From Protoeuglena noctilucae (taxonomy: Eukaryota), in assembly GCA_958009085.1 (NCBI GenBank), contig OY253672.1:1-64000 (forward strand): a stretch of DNA of 64,000 bases, read 5' to 3'. The position numbers and the translations under genes were made by a program. The notes under the pieces are model-generated. The model was not told the origin of the DNA. It worked only from the letters and a program-made list of their open reading frames with translations, and did no database searches. This document shows positions 14,054-28,300 of the stretch, in pieces; position 1 is the first letter of the stretch; every line of letters begins with the position of its first letter.

Positions 14054-17000
14054 ATGAAGCCGCAGAGTGTCGTAGGAATGTTTGGCAGCTCACAATTCGC
14101 GTATCAATCGCGCTGTCCACGTTGCGCCCTCCCGCCATGCCGGTCTTGCTCGCTTGCCCCGGATGCGTCGTGCCCCTTGCGCCCGTGGCGTCCCCTGGGG
14201 CCGGCGACGACCTCCTACGTCCCTTTCGCTGTGAAAGAACGGGCACTGCCTGTTCGCGTCGCGGCAGGGGGGCGGGGCACGCGGGACGCGCGGGGCGGCG
14301 GCGACGAGGGGCGGAAGAGCGCGCGACAGCCAGGGCGGGCGAAGGGGGCGTTTAGGAGAGACCCTCCGCCACCCGCGGGGGAGAGACACGGGGCGTCATC
14401 GACAGGGACGAAGGGCAGGCAGACCCGACCTCGCCGACCCCGCCGGGACAGCAAGAGTCCAGGTGAGGCCGACCCACCAGGCACGTATGCGTGTCCCATG
14501 CAGCAGCGGGGTGCCTGACCTCATTCGCCCGCTCTCCCCCTGCGCAGAGCTGCCCGCGGACTGGGCCGAGATCACGGCAGTCGTGGACGTGGTGCGGCGC
14601 CACCGTGCCCAGCTGCAGGGGGACGCGGCGTCGGGGCCCCTGCCCAGGCACGACAGGGGAAGCGGTGGGGGAGCTGATGAAGACGAGGGGGATGGGGCAA
14701 CAAAGCAGGGGACAGCGCTGCCCTGTGCACCCGCACTGAGGCTGCTGGTGAGGGAGGGGCATGTGCATGCAGGGGTGCGGCATGGTGTTGCAGGCAAGCA
14801 CTCTCTGAACCACCCATTGCGTGGCTGCAGGCGACGACGCGGCCGCAGCGGCTGAACCTGGCCATCCGCGAGCTGGGCAGGCGCGGCGCCTGCGAGGATG
14901 CTCTTCGCCTGGCCTGGTGGGTGCGGTGTCGGCGCCCCTGGGATGCGTCCGACCACACGGTGGCGGCGGCAGTAGGGGCGGCGGCGTCGTGCTGGGGGGG
15001 CAGGCGGGCGAGGGAGGAGTTTCAGCGGATGAGGGCGTGGGGCACACGTGCGTGGCAGGAAGGGGCATGCAGGGTTGCGTGGCAGGTGCATGCGACCGTG
15101 CCTTGCGACGCCCCATCTCTGCCCCCGCAGCCCTGGGCCCCGCCTCTGCCACTGCCCTGGTGGATGCGCTGGCCAAGGACGCGGAGGTGGCATTGGAAGA
15201 GACCCTGGACACACTGGCGCGGCTGCAGGGGGAGGGCGTGACACTCAACATCCGGACCTACAATGCGGGTGGGACTGGGGGTGGGGCTAGGGGTGGGGAT
15301 GCGATGCGCTGGGGCAGCTGGCACGCAAACCCAACAGCCGCTCCCCCTGCACCCCGCAGCTCTGCATGCCTGCGCACTGCACGCCAACGCCTCAGAGGCA
15401 CTGGCACTCTACACGCTCGTCAAGACGCAGGCGAGGCAGCGATGGGGGGGTGCTTTGCACTTAGAGTGACTCTGCACTTGCCAGGCGTGCATTAGACAAT
15501 GCATAACGCAGTGCGTGTCCGGCTTTCCTGTGTGCCTTGTGACCCTCGCTTCCCACCCCACCCGCAGTTCCCGTCGCCAAGCCTCCTCCCCACCACGTAC
15601 ACCTACGCCGCGTTGCTGAGGGCCGTGGACGCGGGTGGCATGCCCGGCGCGGCCAAGTCTCTCTTCCCCGACATCCACGCAGCCACACTCGCGGGGGAAC
15701 TGGTGAGGGGGGTGGGGCAGTGGGGGTGTAAGAGGGGCAGGGCAGCGGTGGTGAGGGGAGGGGTGGAGCGGTGCGGGTGAGGGTGGAGAGCAACACAGGG
15801 TGGCACGCACCGCCCTTGCCCTGTCCACTGCCACCGCCCCTTGTCGCCGCAGCCCCCCGACGTGATGCTCTACCAGCACTGCCTGCACTTGGCTGCGGAG
15901 AGCCGGGACGTGGCTCTGGGGGAGGAAGTACTGAGAGGTGAGGGTGAGGGTGCGTGAGTGTGGGAGTGGGGGTGTGGAGTGAGCATGGCGCGAGTGATGT
16001 CCACAGTGCATCGCAGGCATCAGCAAGGCCGGCGTGTCCATGAATGCCCACGTCTACAACGCGGCCGTGTCTCTGTACGCAAGCGTGGGGGACCTGGAAA
16101 CGGCGCTGGGGTGGATGGACCGCATGGCCGCGGGTGAGGGAGGGGAGGGGGGTGCTGGTCATCTATGCTCTCTGTCAGCGCAGATGGACCTCTGCTGAAT
16201 GACAGCACAGGGTTTGACATGTCGTGACTTATGACTGTTGCCCGCAGCGGGGGGCGCCACCCGCCCCGACGACGTCACGGCCACCCTCGTCCTCACCGCG
16301 GCAGCGAGGGCGCAGGTGAGGGGAGGGACTGGGGCGAGATGGTTGGGCTGATATACCACCGCCTGTTCCCCTGTCTGTTGACCATGATGACCCTCGCCTG
16401 CTCCCACGCAGGCTCCCCTTTCGACGGTCGAGGCACTGCAGGGTGAGGACGTGGTGTGGGTGCATGCATGGACACCAGACCCACTTGCATGTGTGCATCC
16501 AATGCGTCGCACTCGCATTCACCTCCACTCGCTGCCTGCACTTGTTAACCCCCACACCCCCCCTGCACCCACCCTTACCAGCTGCCTGCACTCAGTGGTC
16601 CCCGTTACCCCCCCGCAGCCCGCCTCTTCAGCGACCTGAGCATCCCCCGCACCACCACCAACGACGGCGCCACGCTGGGCGCCCTGCGTAGCTGCGGGGA
16701 CAGACCCGCCCCCACCCGCGCGTCGCTGTGCGAGGCGTGGCTGCGTGGCATGGCTGCAGCAGGGCGAGCGGTGGAGGCGCACCACGGTCACACGGCGGTG
16801 GCGGCGATGCTGGAGGCAGAGGACTGGCGAGGAGGCGAGCGAAGGAGATGGGGAGGGGGAGGGGGTTGAGACACAGCAGCTGCAGTGGGGCAGCATGAGC
16901 GATGGTTAGCATAGCTCTCTCTCCCGCAGCTGTGCGTGTGTACGACTTTCTGGTGGAGGAGCGCGGCGTGGAGCCCACCCCCGTGCTGCTGGGGCAGGTG

Positions 17001-17099
17001 GCGGTGGCATGGGAGCGGATGGGGGAGGTGGGGCGCGCGGCGGAGTGGCGGGACCTGCAGAGGGCCTACCGCGACATCTACGGGGAGGAGCGGCGATGA
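14054..17099 (+). CDS. Pentatricopeptide-repeat (PPR) protein, probably organelle-targeted, multi-exon
   Basis: PPR-like motifs in successive exons: GEGVTLNIRTYNA, PTTYTYAALLRA, PDVMLYQHCL, GVSMNAHVYNAAVSLYASVGDLETALGW, PDDVTATLVL, AVRVYDFLVEERGVEP. R/A/P-rich N-terminus resembles a transit peptide. Start codon uncertain. Confidence 0.75.
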
Positions 17100-17189
17100 G
17101 AGAGCCCGCGACTGGGCAGTGTCGGACACCTCTCTTCAACAGCAGCGCTCGCCATGCCATGCCATGCCATGCCATGTGCATTTGTGGCG

Positions 17190-20160
17190 TCACGATGGCA
17201 GGGGCGCGGCTGCCACGTCCGCGGCGGCCCTCTGCACCTGGGCGTGGAGTGCCCCGAGCTGCTCCTCGACGTGCTCTTTGAAGGAAACAAGGATGCTGCG
17301 GAAGGGGGGGGGCGGGTGTGGGTCAGGGGTCAGGACAGGGAGGTGGCATGACAGGCAAATCGCTGAGATGGGCCGCCATCCTCGCTGCCCTCGCCTGAAC
17401 GCCTGCGAGAGTCTCGCGGCGAGTGCCGCCTGCTCCCTGTCGCACCGTCGCCGCACCTCGTCCCTCTCCGCCTGGGCTGCCGTGACGCGGGCGTGGCTCT
17501 CGGCCAGGGCCTCTGCGACGATGGGGGGGGAGAGGGGGATGGGGGAGAGAGGGGCAAGCAGGGATGGGGGAGAGATGAAGAAGCAGGGGTGGGAGGGAGA
17601 GGAGGGAATGTGAGAGAGGCTGAAGCGCATGAGAGAGTGTGACAGGCCCAGTGTCCCCTCAAGTCAGCCCCCTCCACCCCCGGCGCCTCCCTCCCCCGCC
17701 CGCCCCTCACCCGTGCCCCTCCCCCGCAGCACCTCCACCTCCTCCTTCAGCTGCTCCACCTGCCCCATGGCGAACCGCATCTGCGTTAATGGGACCACAT
17801 GTGTCAGCGTGACACATGTGGTCGGTGCGCAACACAGTCACCGCCATGCACCATCACAGTCCCTGTTGCCATTCACCTCCGCCTCCAGCTCGTCCCTCAT
17901 CAGCTGGTGCCTCTCCTCCATCCGCTGCACCTCCCTCTCCGCCACGCGGTTCTCCTCCCGCAGCTCCCCCGCCGCCTCCTCCAGCGACGCGTGGCGCTCC
18001 TGCAGGCGAAGCAGCTCCTCGCCCAGGCCGCGCGCCTTGGAGGCGTACTGCTCGCGGAGACGCTGGGCTGCGGGGGGGGAGTGGGGGCGCATGCGGGTGT
18101 GACGGACGACACACGCAGGGTGCATGGGTCAGTTGGGTGCCCTGCGTCATCACGCACCTGCGGGCTTGACGACCCCGCGGATGTCGAGGGGGAGCGTCTC
18201 CGAGGGCGGGTCGGCGTCCCTGTGCACGCGGGCCTCCAGGTCGGCACCCTTGGCGCGCTTGGCAGTGCTGGGCGCCATCTGCGCAGAGAGGGGGGGGGGG
18301 GGGGGGTACGCAGTTGGAACAAATGAAGGCGTGATTGGTGAGTGCCCGCGATCGCACCTCGCGTCCCCACCTGCAGTCGGTGCAGCGCGGCGTTGTAGGC
18401 CGCGGTCGATGCCTCGAGGGCGTCCGCTGCCGCGTGGCTGGCGGCCCCGGCCTCGTCCGCGCGGCGCTCGGCGTCCGCCCGCTGCTGCACGGCCGCGTCG
18501 ATGGCGGCGGCCAGGCGGCCCCTCTCCCGGACCATGCGGCCCTGCTCCTCCTTCGACACCACCTGCGGTCGAACAAGACAAGGGGGGGCGTGGTTGTCAA
18601 CCACACGCCACCTGCCACCTAGCCACCGCCAGTCACCCCCCCGCCCCTCGCCTGCGTGGCGACCCTCTTCTCCAGCGCCGCGTTCTCCTCCCTCAGCTCC
18701 CCCAGCCGCCGCCCCTGCTCCTCCGCGTCCCCCGCCCGCGCCTCGGCACGCGACGCCTCCCGCGACACCGCGGCGGAGAGGGACGCGATGAGCTCCTCGA
18801 ACTTGCCCACGTCCGAGGAGAAGTCGGCGCGGCGGCGGCGGGCCTGCTCCAGGCGCGTGGGCTCCGACCGCAGACGCGCCACGCGCTCCCTGCAGAGACA
18901 ACGAGGGCAGTGGTAGCGTGACACGGGTGCTGTCACGTCATCCAGTGCCGCCTCACTGCCAATGGTGTCCACTGCGCCCGCCGTCCGCACCCCGCCCCCA
19001 CCTGAGCTGCGCGTTCTCTTCCCTCAGCCGCGCCCCCTGCGCCTCCCGGTCGGCCGTGCGGTCCGCGAACCGCCTCCCCAGCTCCTGGTCCAGGCTCTCG
19101 CACAGGCGGTCGTCCCCCGACAGGAAGTGGCGGTACGACTTGGTCACGTACTCGAAGAACACCTGAGACGAAGGAGAGGGGCGGGCATGGATCACACACA
19201 CGCAGGCACCTGCGTGTCCCATATCGCTGCCGTAGCCACCCTGCCAGCCTCGCCTCGTTCATGTTATCCCCGTCGTCCGACCCCTTCCGCTCCTCCTTGA
19301 GTGCCTCGACCCCCTGCTCGTACACCAGCAGCTCGCACAGCCACACCAGGGCCGCCAGCACCACCGGCCACGTGTGGGGGGCGCCCACGGCGAAGAGCGA
19401 CGACTTGGAGATCTGGAAGGGGTAGCAGAGGCGCTTGTACAGCTGCGGGGACGAAGAGAGAGGGGCTGTCTGAGACAGGCGGCCGGAGGGAGGCGGTGGA
19501 GGTGGAGGCCCCTCTGGTCACCCCCCCAAGCCTTGCCTGCACGACCTCCTCGTCGAACTTGCCGTCCAGGGCGAGGTTGGGGTCGACGCGCTTGAAGAGG
19601 AAGAGCACGATGGCGTTGAAGTCCTTGATGGAGGGCAGCTGCAGCGCCTTGGGGGTGAGGGCGCGGTCGTAGCCCTGGGAGGAAAGGAAGGCGATGAGGG
19701 CGCGGATGCACTGCTGCATGTAGCCCTTGTCGCCCACCGGACGCGGGTCCGCCTTCTGACCCTTGCCACCGGGACCGTACATGGAGCTCTGGCGCCGGGC
19801 GGCGTTGTCTGCGCGGCGCGGGCGAGGGTGGGGTGGGTCGGGAAGGCGTTTGAACGCCGCGGTGCGACCCGCGGCCCGGGCTCGACGCGGCTTCCGTCAG
19901 CAAGTCGAATGGTTTATGCGCGTGCATGGGGGGACCGCGGGGGCGCCCGGACTCCCTCCTCGGCGCGAGCGATGCATTTGCACGCCCATTGCCCGCTCAC
20001 TGGCCACCGCGCCCTTCTCCGCGCGGGCGGGACCGCCGAGCATGGTCATCCGCTTGCTGTCCGCGCCCTTGTCTGCCACACGCCCCGCTCCAGCCATGGA
20101 GGCGCGCGAGTTGAGCTGCCCGGGGCTCAAAGCCCCGAGCGTCTGCCGCCTGCTCGCCAT
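17190..20160 (-). CDS. NDC80: Kinetochore protein NDC80/HEC1, multi-exon
   Basis: DPRPVGDKGYMQQCIRALIAFLSSQGY...PSIKDFNAIVLFLFKRVDPN...EEVVQ|LYKRLCYPFQISKSSLFAVGAPHTWPVVLAALVWLCEL (HEC/Ndc80 CH domain), followed by long coiled-coil exons. Confidence 0.92.
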
Positions 20161-20619
20161 GACCCCAATCACTGTCGAGGTCCCCAAGCCCAGGACGGGC
20201 CCAATCACGACGGTCTACAGTTAGTCACGCGATTCTCCAACGGCCCTGGTCTCGGAGCGGCCCCTCATCGGAAGAGACACCCGTTGTTAGCCGGGGTGCC
20301 TCCGAACCAGGCCTCGAGAGGAGCGCGAAACGGGCAGCGTTGAATGTTACGCACTGATTGACGATTCTCATCGGAAGGCGGTGATGCGCCGAGGCGCAGA
20401 CGACATCTGGCGCTCGAAAAACGCAAGAACTCCTGGCCGTGCAACTCCCAAAGGAAGGCCGCGTCCGTCCATTGCTGTGACTACGATAGCTCTGTGTGCT
20501 TTTCGCGTTGGACGACGCATGAATTTGTTTCACCCAGCCCCCACATCTCTGCGCCTTTGTGAGCCCGCCGCGCCGGTCTCTGGGTCTCGTGTTCTGTTGC
20601 ATGGACGCGTTTGAAGGAG

Positions 20620-21655
20620 ATGGGGTCCAAGATTCAATCGAATGAGCGCTTCTGGACGAAGCGGGTGAGAAGTGGGGGACGTGGACATGCCGCCCATCCC
20701 TGGAGCTCCCGGGCGTTGCTTGAGAGGGCAGCGCGCCAAAGCTACCTCTAAGTGGCTGTCCGCAATCTGTTGGCATTGCCGCCTCGTGCGCAGATACGAA
20801 AGGAAGAGGAGTTTTATGTCCGGACGCTGCGCGCGCAGCCCCAGGTGAGCCCGCTGGCAGCGAGGCAGGGGCCACAGAGTCGTTCGTTACGTGAGCTGCA
20901 CGCTGGACCGGCCCAGCGCCATGGGGCAGGCTGGACTTGCGATGGAAGGCATGCACAGCTGGCTGCAGGGCGTGGTGGTGGGGACTGGGACGCTGGGCAT
21001 CCCCACGGCGCGGATGAACTTCGCGTACGATGACCCGGGCGTCCAAGACCACATCAGCAACATCCGGGAGATGCGCACCGCGGGCCTCATCCCCGGCCCG
21101 GCTGACGACGTCAAGCCGGACGACAGCGTGTCCGTGCGCAGGCGAGTGGCAGCCACGTCGCTCGCCATCCCGTCTCACAGTGCGGGATGGGTGGAGTCGC
21201 ACGCTCTACGCCCCCTCGGCGATGCGATGCATGCGCCACTCGCCCCCCTCCCCAGCGTGGCGACGGGCGTGCGGTCGCTCGATGTGGGATCCGTGGCGGA
21301 GTCGGCGGCGATGAGGAAGCTGGCGGAGCTGGAGGAGCAGCTCAAGTCCGAGGTGGGCCACCTCAGAGCAAGCATCATGCCATATGGGGTGCAAGGCTGC
21401 TGGTGGAGGGTGGGGTGTCATGTGTTGGTGTCCTTCCGCCCCCAGAGGGAGCGCGCCATGAACCTGCAGTCGGAGCTCGATCGCATGAAAGTGGCGTCCA
21501 CGTCAGGGGGTTCACAAGCACCGGGGGCAGAGTTGCGGGGGGCCAGGGGGGACGGGGCCCCCTCCAGGGTGGGGCAGCCAAGGGCGTCGGGGGCAGCCTC
21601 CACCGCGGCGTCCAGGCCAGGAGCGAGTCGGCCGGGGCAGACAGGTGAGATGTGA
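20620..21655 (+). CDS. Hypothetical protein with a short C-terminal coiled coil, multi-exon
   Basis: Exons MGSKIQSNERFWTKR|IRKEEEFYVRTLRAQPQ|...MNFAYDDPGVQDHISNIREMR...MRKLAELEEQLKSE|RERAMNLQSELDRMK with GT-AG junctions and coding-like codon usage. Confidence 0.55.
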
Positions 21656-21989
21656 GCCACGCGTCACCCCTGGTTGCAAAGCGTGTGCCGTGTGCGCCCC
21701 GACACAGACGCGCTGGTCCCCTGTCCCCCCGGGAAGCAGGTGCCGCGGGCAGCGAGCGAGGGTTCCGAGAACGGAGCAGGGGCGGGTCGAGAGGGCCGGG
21801 ACCCTGAGGCAGCGATGCATTGCATGGGCAGCGCGCCCTAGGTCATCATGCGCGCCGGCTGGCCTGGTTGACGCAGTCACCCGTTCAAGCAAGCCCCAAG
21901 ACGCCACAAAAAGGCGCCCAGGCGCTCGTGGGTGGGCGCAGCAGGGCGGCAGCGCAGCACGTCTGCGGGCGCAGCAGTGCGCCTGCGGC

Positions 21990-22937
<948 letters not shown>

Positions 22938-23341
22938 TCAACGCGAGGACACGAGCGCCGAGCGCAAGGTCCTGTAATACCCCTCGGAAAGGAAGGGCGT
23001 TGGCGGTCCCGTGGCTGGATTGGCGTCGGGAAAACGTTCGTTCCGACAAGGGCAAACCTGCAAGGCTGGCTTTCTCATCAATCTGCGCATTGTGCGGCCG
23101 CTCTTCGGTCGAATACCACCGCTGCCAGCGTCGTCCAGTGCTCAGTTGCGCTCGCAAGCCCTCCAGCTCGTCTCCAGCTCGTCTCCAGCTTTGCCAGCAG
23201 CCTGCGCGCAGCATTGGGAGCCCTTCGCGATCTGCGATATCGTCTCGTTGCTGGACGCTAGGCGCGGCCTCCATCTAGTCCACGGCCCGCCTGCTTCGGG
23301 GCTCACCGCGTGCTTGCGGCCTGGGAGGGAGTCGCTTAGCC

Positions 23342-25179
23342 ATGTACTCCAACCCCTTCAAGTCGGGCTTCCTGTCTGTTCTTTACAAGGACATGGGGAC
23401 GCGACCGCGGCTTACATGGGAGGTCACAGGTGACTTGCGGGAGCTCCCAGCGTACCCGACGCCTCGTCGGTGGGCCTAAGCGCGGCCGCCGCTTTCCTGG
23501 CGCCGCATTTTCCAGTCAAGCAACCACATAGCTACGAAGAGTCCCTGTGCGTGGCGTTTAGCGGGCATCGCGGCCTCGGGGCGGCGCGAGGGCTGCCGCA
23601 ACCCGTCATGTGCTAAAGCCTTCCCCGCCCACGATGCCCTGGCTTATCCAGCACGAACGCTGTGACGCACTCTTGTAGCTCGCATCTATGGGTTGGGATG
23701 CCGTGGATGTTGCGCTGTCCCCAGGCGGCCCCGGCCCCGTGCTGCACGGAGCCTTGCTGTGGCTCCCCGCGCCCGGCTGTCCCTCGACGAGCTCTCGCAC
23801 CGGCACTCGCACTCATATTTCTTGCCGCTGCACCATAGCTTGCCGTCCCAACCCCCGGCAGCGAGGCACTTGCGACGGAAGGTCTTCCGCATGCCCGATG
23901 CTGAGCGCGATGCCGTTGCTCGGCCGACTCCCGTTGCTTGAGGGCGCTTCTTTGCTATTCTTCGACGCACAGCGGGAACGGCGTGCGCTTTTCACGCAAA
24001 ATCGCGGCGGTAGCGAGCCAGCCTTCGCCTTGGCAAGGGTGCCCCGTTTCGTGGCTGCAGTCACCGGTACTGGCTCGGCGAGATGGGTGAACGACGCGGA
24101 CCTACGAGCTCCAGGTGTGGGTGCTGCGCCGGGGAGTCCAGGCGCAGGCGCTGGCTGGCAAGGCGATGCACGCTGGCGTCCCGCAGCCGCGCGCCCTGTG
24201 CTTCCTGGGGGAGTGCCTGCCCTCTGCAGCAAGCCCAGCAGAAGGGGTGCGTCCTTGCCGACGTCGTGGCGTCCCTCTCTCTCTTCTGCAGTGGTCGAGA
24301 TGACGACGACTTCGGGCCAGGGCGTGTGCATGATGGAGTGCCCCAGCACGAAGGACCCCAGCACGGAGATACGGGCGCGCCTCCCGATCCTCGTCCTCAC
24401 GGTCAAGAACATGGAGAAGTATTTCTCGTTCGAGGTCCAAATCCGCGGCGAGGTGAGGCGCAGGGCGGCGGCAGGGCAGCTGAGCTGGTATGGCTGCGCT
24501 GGGAGTCTGGTCGCGCTTTGAAAGACCTACGCACGGCTGGTGCTCGTTTTCCCGCAGGACGGCGTGGTGCGGCGGCTGGTGGTGAGCAATCGGAACCACG
24601 AGGCGAGTGTGGTGGACACGCTGGCCTCGCTGCCCCTGCGCCTGGACGAGGGGTGGAACCTGCTGCGGTTCGACGCCGAGGACGTGGCGCGGCGGGCGTT
24701 CGAGGTGGCGTTTCGGGAGGTCACCCGCGTCCGCGTCCACGCCTCGTGCCGCGTAGCGCGCGTCTTCCTCGCCAGCCGCGACGAGGCGGCCGCCCACGAC
24801 CTGCCCCCGGAGTTCCTGGCGATGCTGCCCCCGGGGATGAGCCCCATCGAGGCATCGACGCGATCGCCGCGATGGGCGGAGGTGAGGGCGATGCCTCGGG
24901 GAGGGCCACACACTGTGACCGCCCACGCTGCCCCTGACCCTCTCACCCCCTCTTCCCCCGCAGGCGCCGCTTTGGGGGGAGGACCGCGCGCAGTCGCACC
25001 TGCACGCGGAGACGCGCCACGTGAGCCCCCTCAAGCCCCCCTCCGACCCCGCCCGTGAGCCCGCCCACTCGGTGGAGCACTCGGCCGCCAGCGACGCGGG
25101 CAAGCCCATGGGGGTCACGTCGCCGCCCCAGAGGGGGAGGGCGGGGGCGTTGGGGAGCGCCACGCCCACGACCGTGTGA
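23342..25179 (+). CDS. Divergent CFAP20/BUG22 (DUF667)-family protein
   Basis: Spliced MYSNPFKSGFLSVLY...TWEVT|VTGTGSARWVNDADLRAP|V...RLPILVLTVKNMEKYFSFEVQI...LPLRLDEGWNLLRFD...RVRVHASCRVARVFL...LPPEF. Aligns by eye with CFAP20 MFKNTFQSGFLSILY / KYFTFEVQV / MRLDDGWNQI / HANCRIRRVYF. Confidence 0.85.
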
Positions 25180-25398
25180 GATTGCGGCTGCCCTTGGTCC
25201 CCGTTGAGCTCCGTTGCACGACCTGCTCCCCATCCTTTGCCTTGCCTACCCGCGCCTGTAGCAGCGCCGCCGCGTCGACCGTGAGTGAGTGCATTCAAAC
25301 GATGCGAGCAGAGTGAGCTGCGGTCGGCTGTGATGCCTGTTACTTGACCCTGCCACGCATCTCGTCCGTCCACGCACAGCCCTAGTACTGGTAATGAA

Positions 25399-28300
25399 TC
25401 ACATTCCCTGCGGCCGAGCCACGGGGCGATATTTTCCCCAACGCGCCTCCACCCCTGCCCCTCGCTGTGGCCTCTCTCCCCATCCCTCACCTGACTCCGA
25501 GCTCCTCGCCTCTGACACGCTCCCAATGCCACTGCCACTGTCACCCCCACTCTCACTCTCACTGTCGTCCTCCACCCCCAGCGTGCGCCGCGTGCCCCCC
25601 AGGGATCCCGCCACAATGGGCGCGTCCCCACCAATGCTGCCCTGCCTACCGATGCTGCCATCCCCACCGCTGCCACCCCGCGACCGCCCCCCACTTCCCG
25701 CATGCCCCGACCCCTGCCCCCCCGCATCCCCCGTCCCCGGACTCGGCAGCTCGATCTCCTGAGGGGTGGCGGAGCCACTCTGGCCCGAGGCATCCAGGGC
25801 CCGGGGGGAGGCCCCCGCCTCACCCGCGGGAGGGTGGGGGTCCCGATCTGCAATGCGCCCCTCTGCCCTTAGCACCGCCCTCGGCCCCCTCTCTCCCCGC
25901 CCCCCATTCCCACTCCCCACATTCCTGCCCCACAGCTCCTCCGACACATCCAGGGACTCGGGGAGGCTGCTGGGGGAGGACGCCACCCTTTCCCTGGAAG
26001 GACACGAGAGAAGAGGGAGGCACATGGAGGCACGTCTCAGTGCGTGGGGTGGAAAGACAGCTGCGGCAGAGCGACTGTGGCAGGGCGACTGCGGCAGAGC
26101 TGCGGCCCACACCCCCACCTGTTGCGGAGGGGGCCGGCCCCAGGCCAGGGCCCCACGGCCACGTACCCCGGCGGCTCAGCCCAGCGGAGCGGATTGTGCT
26201 CTGGGACCTGTCGCTGTGGCCCGGAGTGACTCAGGGTCCATGCGGGTGGCGGCGGGGCAAGTGCGCGTGTTTGGGGAGCGGGGGCGAAGGGGGCCGCCCT
26301 GGGTGGGTGGGCGTCGGCCCAGGAAGCAGCAGCTGGGAAGGGGTCCCGGGGCATGTAGGGGTCGCGCGTGGCCCCCACGTGGCGCTCGCTGCAGGTGGGT
26401 GAGCACATGGCCGGTCGCATAGGCACAGGGCATCAACAGGCGTCTTTATGCGCACACCCCGCCACTCACCTGGCAGACGTGTCGCGGCTGCCCCGCCCAT
26501 CCACCGACCGCGCCATGTCCCTCAGCTGCGTCTTGAGCATGGCACGCAGGGACGTCTGCAGGCACAGCGCGTGTGGGTGTGAGGGCGGAGAGGGTCAGCA
26601 AGGTGTGGGTGTAGCTTAAGGGGCACTCGCCTTCTCGAGTGCTCCGTCCGCGCGGCCCTTGCGGCTCTGCCTGGCCCTGCCCTGCCCGTGTCGCGTGGCG
26701 TGGCCAGGGGCGACGTGGGGCGGTGCCAGCAGGGCCAGGGGCATCGTGGTGCCCGCCACGCTGCCCACCGCCAGGAGACCCGCCCGGGCGCGTGCCAGCT
26801 CCCGGCGCTCCTCCCTGCGCTTGGAAAGTAGCAGCCAAGTCATCCCAAGCCTCACCCTTCCCAGCCATCCCACGCCCCATCCCATCTCCCCCCTCACCGG
26901 ACCCGCGCCCGGTCCGCCTCCGCGTCCGCCCGCGCCAGGGCCACCTGCGCTCGCTCCTCCTGAAGCAAAGTCGACTCAGTCGCGAACCGCGCCTGGGACG
27001 GGCGAGGGAGACGGGGTGCTTTGAGCATCGGCATGGCCGCACCCCACGCTTGCTCCTAGCATGGCCCCTGACCCACTACTACCCCGCCCCACTCCGCCCC
27101 ACCTGCGCCTCCCCCGCCTCCCTCTCCCTCGCCGCCACCGCAGACTCCGCCTCCTCCACCGCCGCCCTCCGCTGCCCCACGTCCCGGGCCACCGCGCGGA
27201 TCTCCTCGGCCAGCGCCGTCACCTGCTGGCGCTGGGCCTCCACCTCGTCCCTGGGGACACACCGAGGGGGGTCGCATGAGTGAATAAGCCACTGCTGCAG
27301 GGCGGGGACTCGCAGTGCTTTGCTGGCAATGCCCCACCTGGCGCGCTCGACGGCCACCGCCTGCTCGGCCACGGCCCTGCGCTCCGCCTCGATGCCCGCC
27401 CGCGCGCTGCCCAGTCGCTCCTCCCACTCGGCCGCCTCCTGCCGCAGCCGCGCCACCCGGGGCTCCAGGGCAGCGGCCTCGGCGCGGAGGGCAGACGCGC
27501 GCTGGCGGACGTCCTCCAGGGCAGCCAGGGCGACGAGGCGCTCCTTGGTGGGAGAGGGAGACGTGGGGTTGTTGCACAAGGCCAGGTTCACGCGTGACAA
27601 CAACCATGCCTGTCACCTCTCCCCCTCACTTCTGCCACCCTGCGCCTCTCCGCGTCCACCTCGTCCGCCGCCCGCCTCCGCTCCTCCTCCGCCCTCGCCC
27701 GCGCCCTTTCCGCCGCCGCGAGGCTCTCTGCCGCCAGTGACCGGGCCGACGCCTTCTCTGCCTCCGTCTCACGCGTCTGAGAGACAGCGGGGGGGCACGC
27801 AGCGTCACGAGACAGCGCACAGGGGGATGCTGCGAGTGGAGTCATCCGCGCATCCAAGCACGGCACGTGGCTTTCAAGACATCACCGCTTGCATCTCTGC
27901 ACACACGCACGCCCCCCCTCACCAGTGCCTCCAGCCGCACGCGCTCCGCCTCGGCTGCCAGCTGCGCCGCGTGCTGCCCCGCCTGCAGGTCCGCCCCCTG
28001 CCGACGCAGCTGCTCGGCCAGCTCCCTGCAGAGAGGGACGCCGCGCTGTGCTCACTGCTGCACAACCTGGCCACCAACAGGCAGGGCAGGCCGGTCCCTG
28101 CCGGGATGCAAGCGCCCCACCTCAGCTGCGCCTGCATGCGCGCATGCTCCGCCTCCCGCCCCTCCAGGTGCCTCTCCCTCTCCCGCAGCTGCGCCTCTCC
28201 CTGGGCCAGACGCGCCTCGCGGTCCGCCACCGCACGCGCCACCTCCCGGGCGAGGCCCTCCTCCGCCGACCGCATCAACTCCGACATGCTGCGGGGAAGG

